64,000 nt of DNA from positions 42,472,001 through 42,536,000 of the forward strand of contig OZ249436.1 of NCBI GenBank assembly GCA_965235115.1. The letters are read 5' to 3'. Below, one piece after another: positions 61,358 through 64,000 of the stretch; positions within the stretch are counted from its first letter, which is position 1, and every line of letters begins with the position of its first letter. Position numbers and translations under genes: made by a program. The notes under the pieces are model-generated. The model did not search any database, had not been told where the DNA came from, and saw nothing but the letters and a program-made list of their open reading frames with translations. The DNA comes from Laetmonice hystrix. Lineage: Eukaryota.

Positions 61358-61710
61358 CGCACCGGACAGGTGGACTACCTTAACTCCGCACCGGACAGTA
61401 TATAGACCGGGGCCTTAACTCCGCACCGGATAGGTGGACCGGGGCCTTTACTCCGCACCGGACAGGTGGACCGGGCCTTAACTCCGCACCGGACATGTGG
61501 ACCGGGGCCTTAACTCCGCACCGGATAGGTGGACCGGGGCCTTTACTCCGCACCGGACAGGTGGACCGGGCCTTAACTCCGCACCGGACATGTGGACCGG
61601 GGCCTTAACTCCGCACCGGACAGGTGGACCGGGGCCTTAACTCCGCACCAGACAGGTGGACCGGGGCCTTTACTCCGCACCGGACGGGTGGACTGGGGCC
61701 TTAACTCCGC
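61358..61710. repeat. 31-32-bp minisatellite, ~11 copies
   Basis: Consensus GGGGCCTTAACTCCGCACCGGACAGGTGGACC. Confidence 0.97.
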
Positions 61711-64000
61711 AAAACACGAAAAATGTTAGCGTGTCAAAGAACATTTTAGCTGCCATAATTATGTTTAAAAAAATCTTCTTGTCCGCTTCGATTCGGATTT
61801 ATAGCAAGGGATGTCGGATACAATCAGCAGAATCAGAGCTCTCACCACCATGCCACCTCCGTTCATCTGTTTTTTTTTGAGAGAGGATTGGTTTCCATTC
61901 GCCTTGTGTGTGATGGTAAATGTTAAAACATTTGGCGTAATCAGTCTGACTGTCATTTTACATAAAAGCAACATCCCCTTTGAAATAGCTTTGTCAGGAC
62001 GTACAAATATGTGATGTGATAGAAGTCCTACTATGGAAAGCCAAAGAAGTACAAAAAGCAAAGCTCTCAGTAAAATAATGACGGTATGCTAGCATAAAGT
62101 GAAAAACTTACCAAATATCTATGGCACCACCACCGGCGTTGGACTAGCAGGTGTGACCTATCATTTATGTCCCCCTTCATGACTGCCGCGACAAGGCGTA
62201 CAATTGGTGCCATGCATACATGGCTATGTAAGGGGATGAAATAACCAAACAGGAGATTTCAGCCAAGATGTGTGAATAAACCGTTAATATTGTTAATTAA
62301 GACCTACTTTCATCGATATTCCGTCTCAGTATGTTATATATACCTGTCGATTTCCATCATGAAGATCAATATAATGGCAATTATTTTACATATTTTTTCA
62401 CATCCGTAAACACGTATGAAGGGAACCTTAGATCCTAATTTTCTCATGGTTATTCCCCCTTTTTTTGTATTAAATTATATTTTCATGGCTTCCTAGTTGT
62501 ATCGCATGCACTATAATCCCAAACGCTTTGTATATTGAAATTGATCAAGCACCCTCCCCTCCCCATTAACCTTGACTTCAACGAGCGAGGCTTTAGTAAC
62601 CGTTGATTCCTGGAGACTTTCTTAAGTGCATTGGTGTCTCTTCACAAAGTCTGATTAATTGGTCCTCAAACCGCGTTGCTCTGCTCAGCTTCACCTCTTC
62701 TGCACTTTCCCCAGTTTGACGCTCTCTGGTGCGCTCTGCCGATATGTCGGCACCCAGAATCTGAGCTGTTGGTATTCTTAACGACAGAGGCACCAGGAAA
62801 GGGTGTGCCTGGCAGACAAACAGCTCGACTACTTGTGGAATTACTTCCGATTCAATTTGTCTCCTCATCAGTCCTTCTCACACCTACCCGCAGTAGACAC
62901 GGCGACCAGCTGCACCAGCAGCCTCCGTTTATATGAGCACACCGGCTTACATTGAAGTTCACCCGGCCGCCATCGCCCGTGTTCCACAGGATGGCGGTCT
63001 GCACTGGCAGCCGGGAGGAAATGGACAAGACATTTGTTATTGCGGCTGTGGTAGACGTCACAATGTTTTGACAAGACGTCTTTCTCAAAGACGGATCATG
63101 GAGATGATGCGTATCGCGCATGCTCGGTAAAGGGCCTTCAAGGGTCTGTAGGTATCCCCTGTCGCGATTAATTTGGATCCAGGGATTCATGTTCTTATTG
63201 TGCCAAATACGCACATAGGAAAAGAAAACGGCGATTTTTATTATTATTTGAGGATTGCCAACCTTAACCTTCTGGATATATGTTTCCCTCCTCCAACTTT
63301 CAATCTGTATTAAAATGGCATCACTATATAACACAGGCGCAGCCACCACAAAGACGGATTGCCTGCCCCTGCACCCTGTTACCTCACCATGCACTGTTTT
63401 TCCGCCTTTTTTAAAATGAAATAATGGAAACTGTTTAATCCGGCCACACAGTCCATATCCTGCAAATTTCAGGAGCTTTTACAAATTTTCGCGTACCATT
63501 TCACTTACAAGTTACAGCGAGTTTTAAAAGCAGACAAAACTCCACGGGTGGGATTCCCTCCAATGGCTTCAGTTGATGGATGAGAGCCGGAAATGACCGG
63601 CTCTGAACCCTTTTAATCACATATCTGTTTACATTGTCCCCATTCCTCTCCAGGAAACTCCAGCGTTCCAAACCAACCATTCACGGTCGCTAGGACAACA
63701 TTCATATAGGTTCTTTAGTCGTGAAACAGTCCCACTGGACTCAGCGATCCAACTATTACAAGAAATGTGTTACAACTTTCATGTTATGCTTGACATTTCA
63801 CACAAAAAATGTGTGCATCGGTTTCTTATGGGGTAATCTATCAGCCAGACTTACTATCCGTTTCGGTTTAAATGGGTTTCTTTTGTTTTGGCTTCTTCTT
63901 AAAAGGTGAAAAGTGAGAAGTCCAGGGGCGTGTTATCATCGGTCTTGACTGAAATTAGGGGGAGGCAAAGTGGAAGAGTGAGAACTTATGATCGGTCTTG

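Noticed and set aside
62676..63394. Several ORFs including MSTPAYIEVHP...AHAR and a 180-aa minus-strand ORF
   Set aside because: GC-rich and exon-like, but no frame gives a recognisable protein and I cannot choose a frame or strand.

Overview
Repeat-dense nuclear DNA from an animal, most likely a marine invertebrate bilaterian (spliceosomal-type GT/AG signals, microsatellites, many DNA-transposon MITEs). No prokaryotic features. One confident protein-coding gene: an intronless, highly divergent class A (rhodopsin-family) GPCR at 11761-12855 (+). It has non-canonical LRL (DRY) and NHVIY (NPxxY) motifs and an Arg at the position of the opsin retinal-binding Lys (7.43). Most of the rest is a mosaic of non-autonomous cut-and-paste elements: PIF/Harbinger-like, Kolobok-like TTAA, 5-bp-TSD CAG-ended, Tc1 and EnSpm/CACTA-like. 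There is also a probable Helentron-type element, several minisatellites and a deleted tRNA-Ser(GCT) pseudogene. Transposon coding relics include two Tc1 transposase N-termini, a Harbinger Myb/SANT-like ORF start and a spliced EnSpm ORF2-like gene end. A few isolated exon candidates, including a signal-peptide exon at 54744, suggest unidentified spliced genes. The palindromic words TAGGCCTA, TAGATCTA and TACATGTA are strongly over-represented. Coordinates, counts and alignments were made by eye. Family assignments rest on terminal and TSD signatures and remembered motifs, not on database searches.
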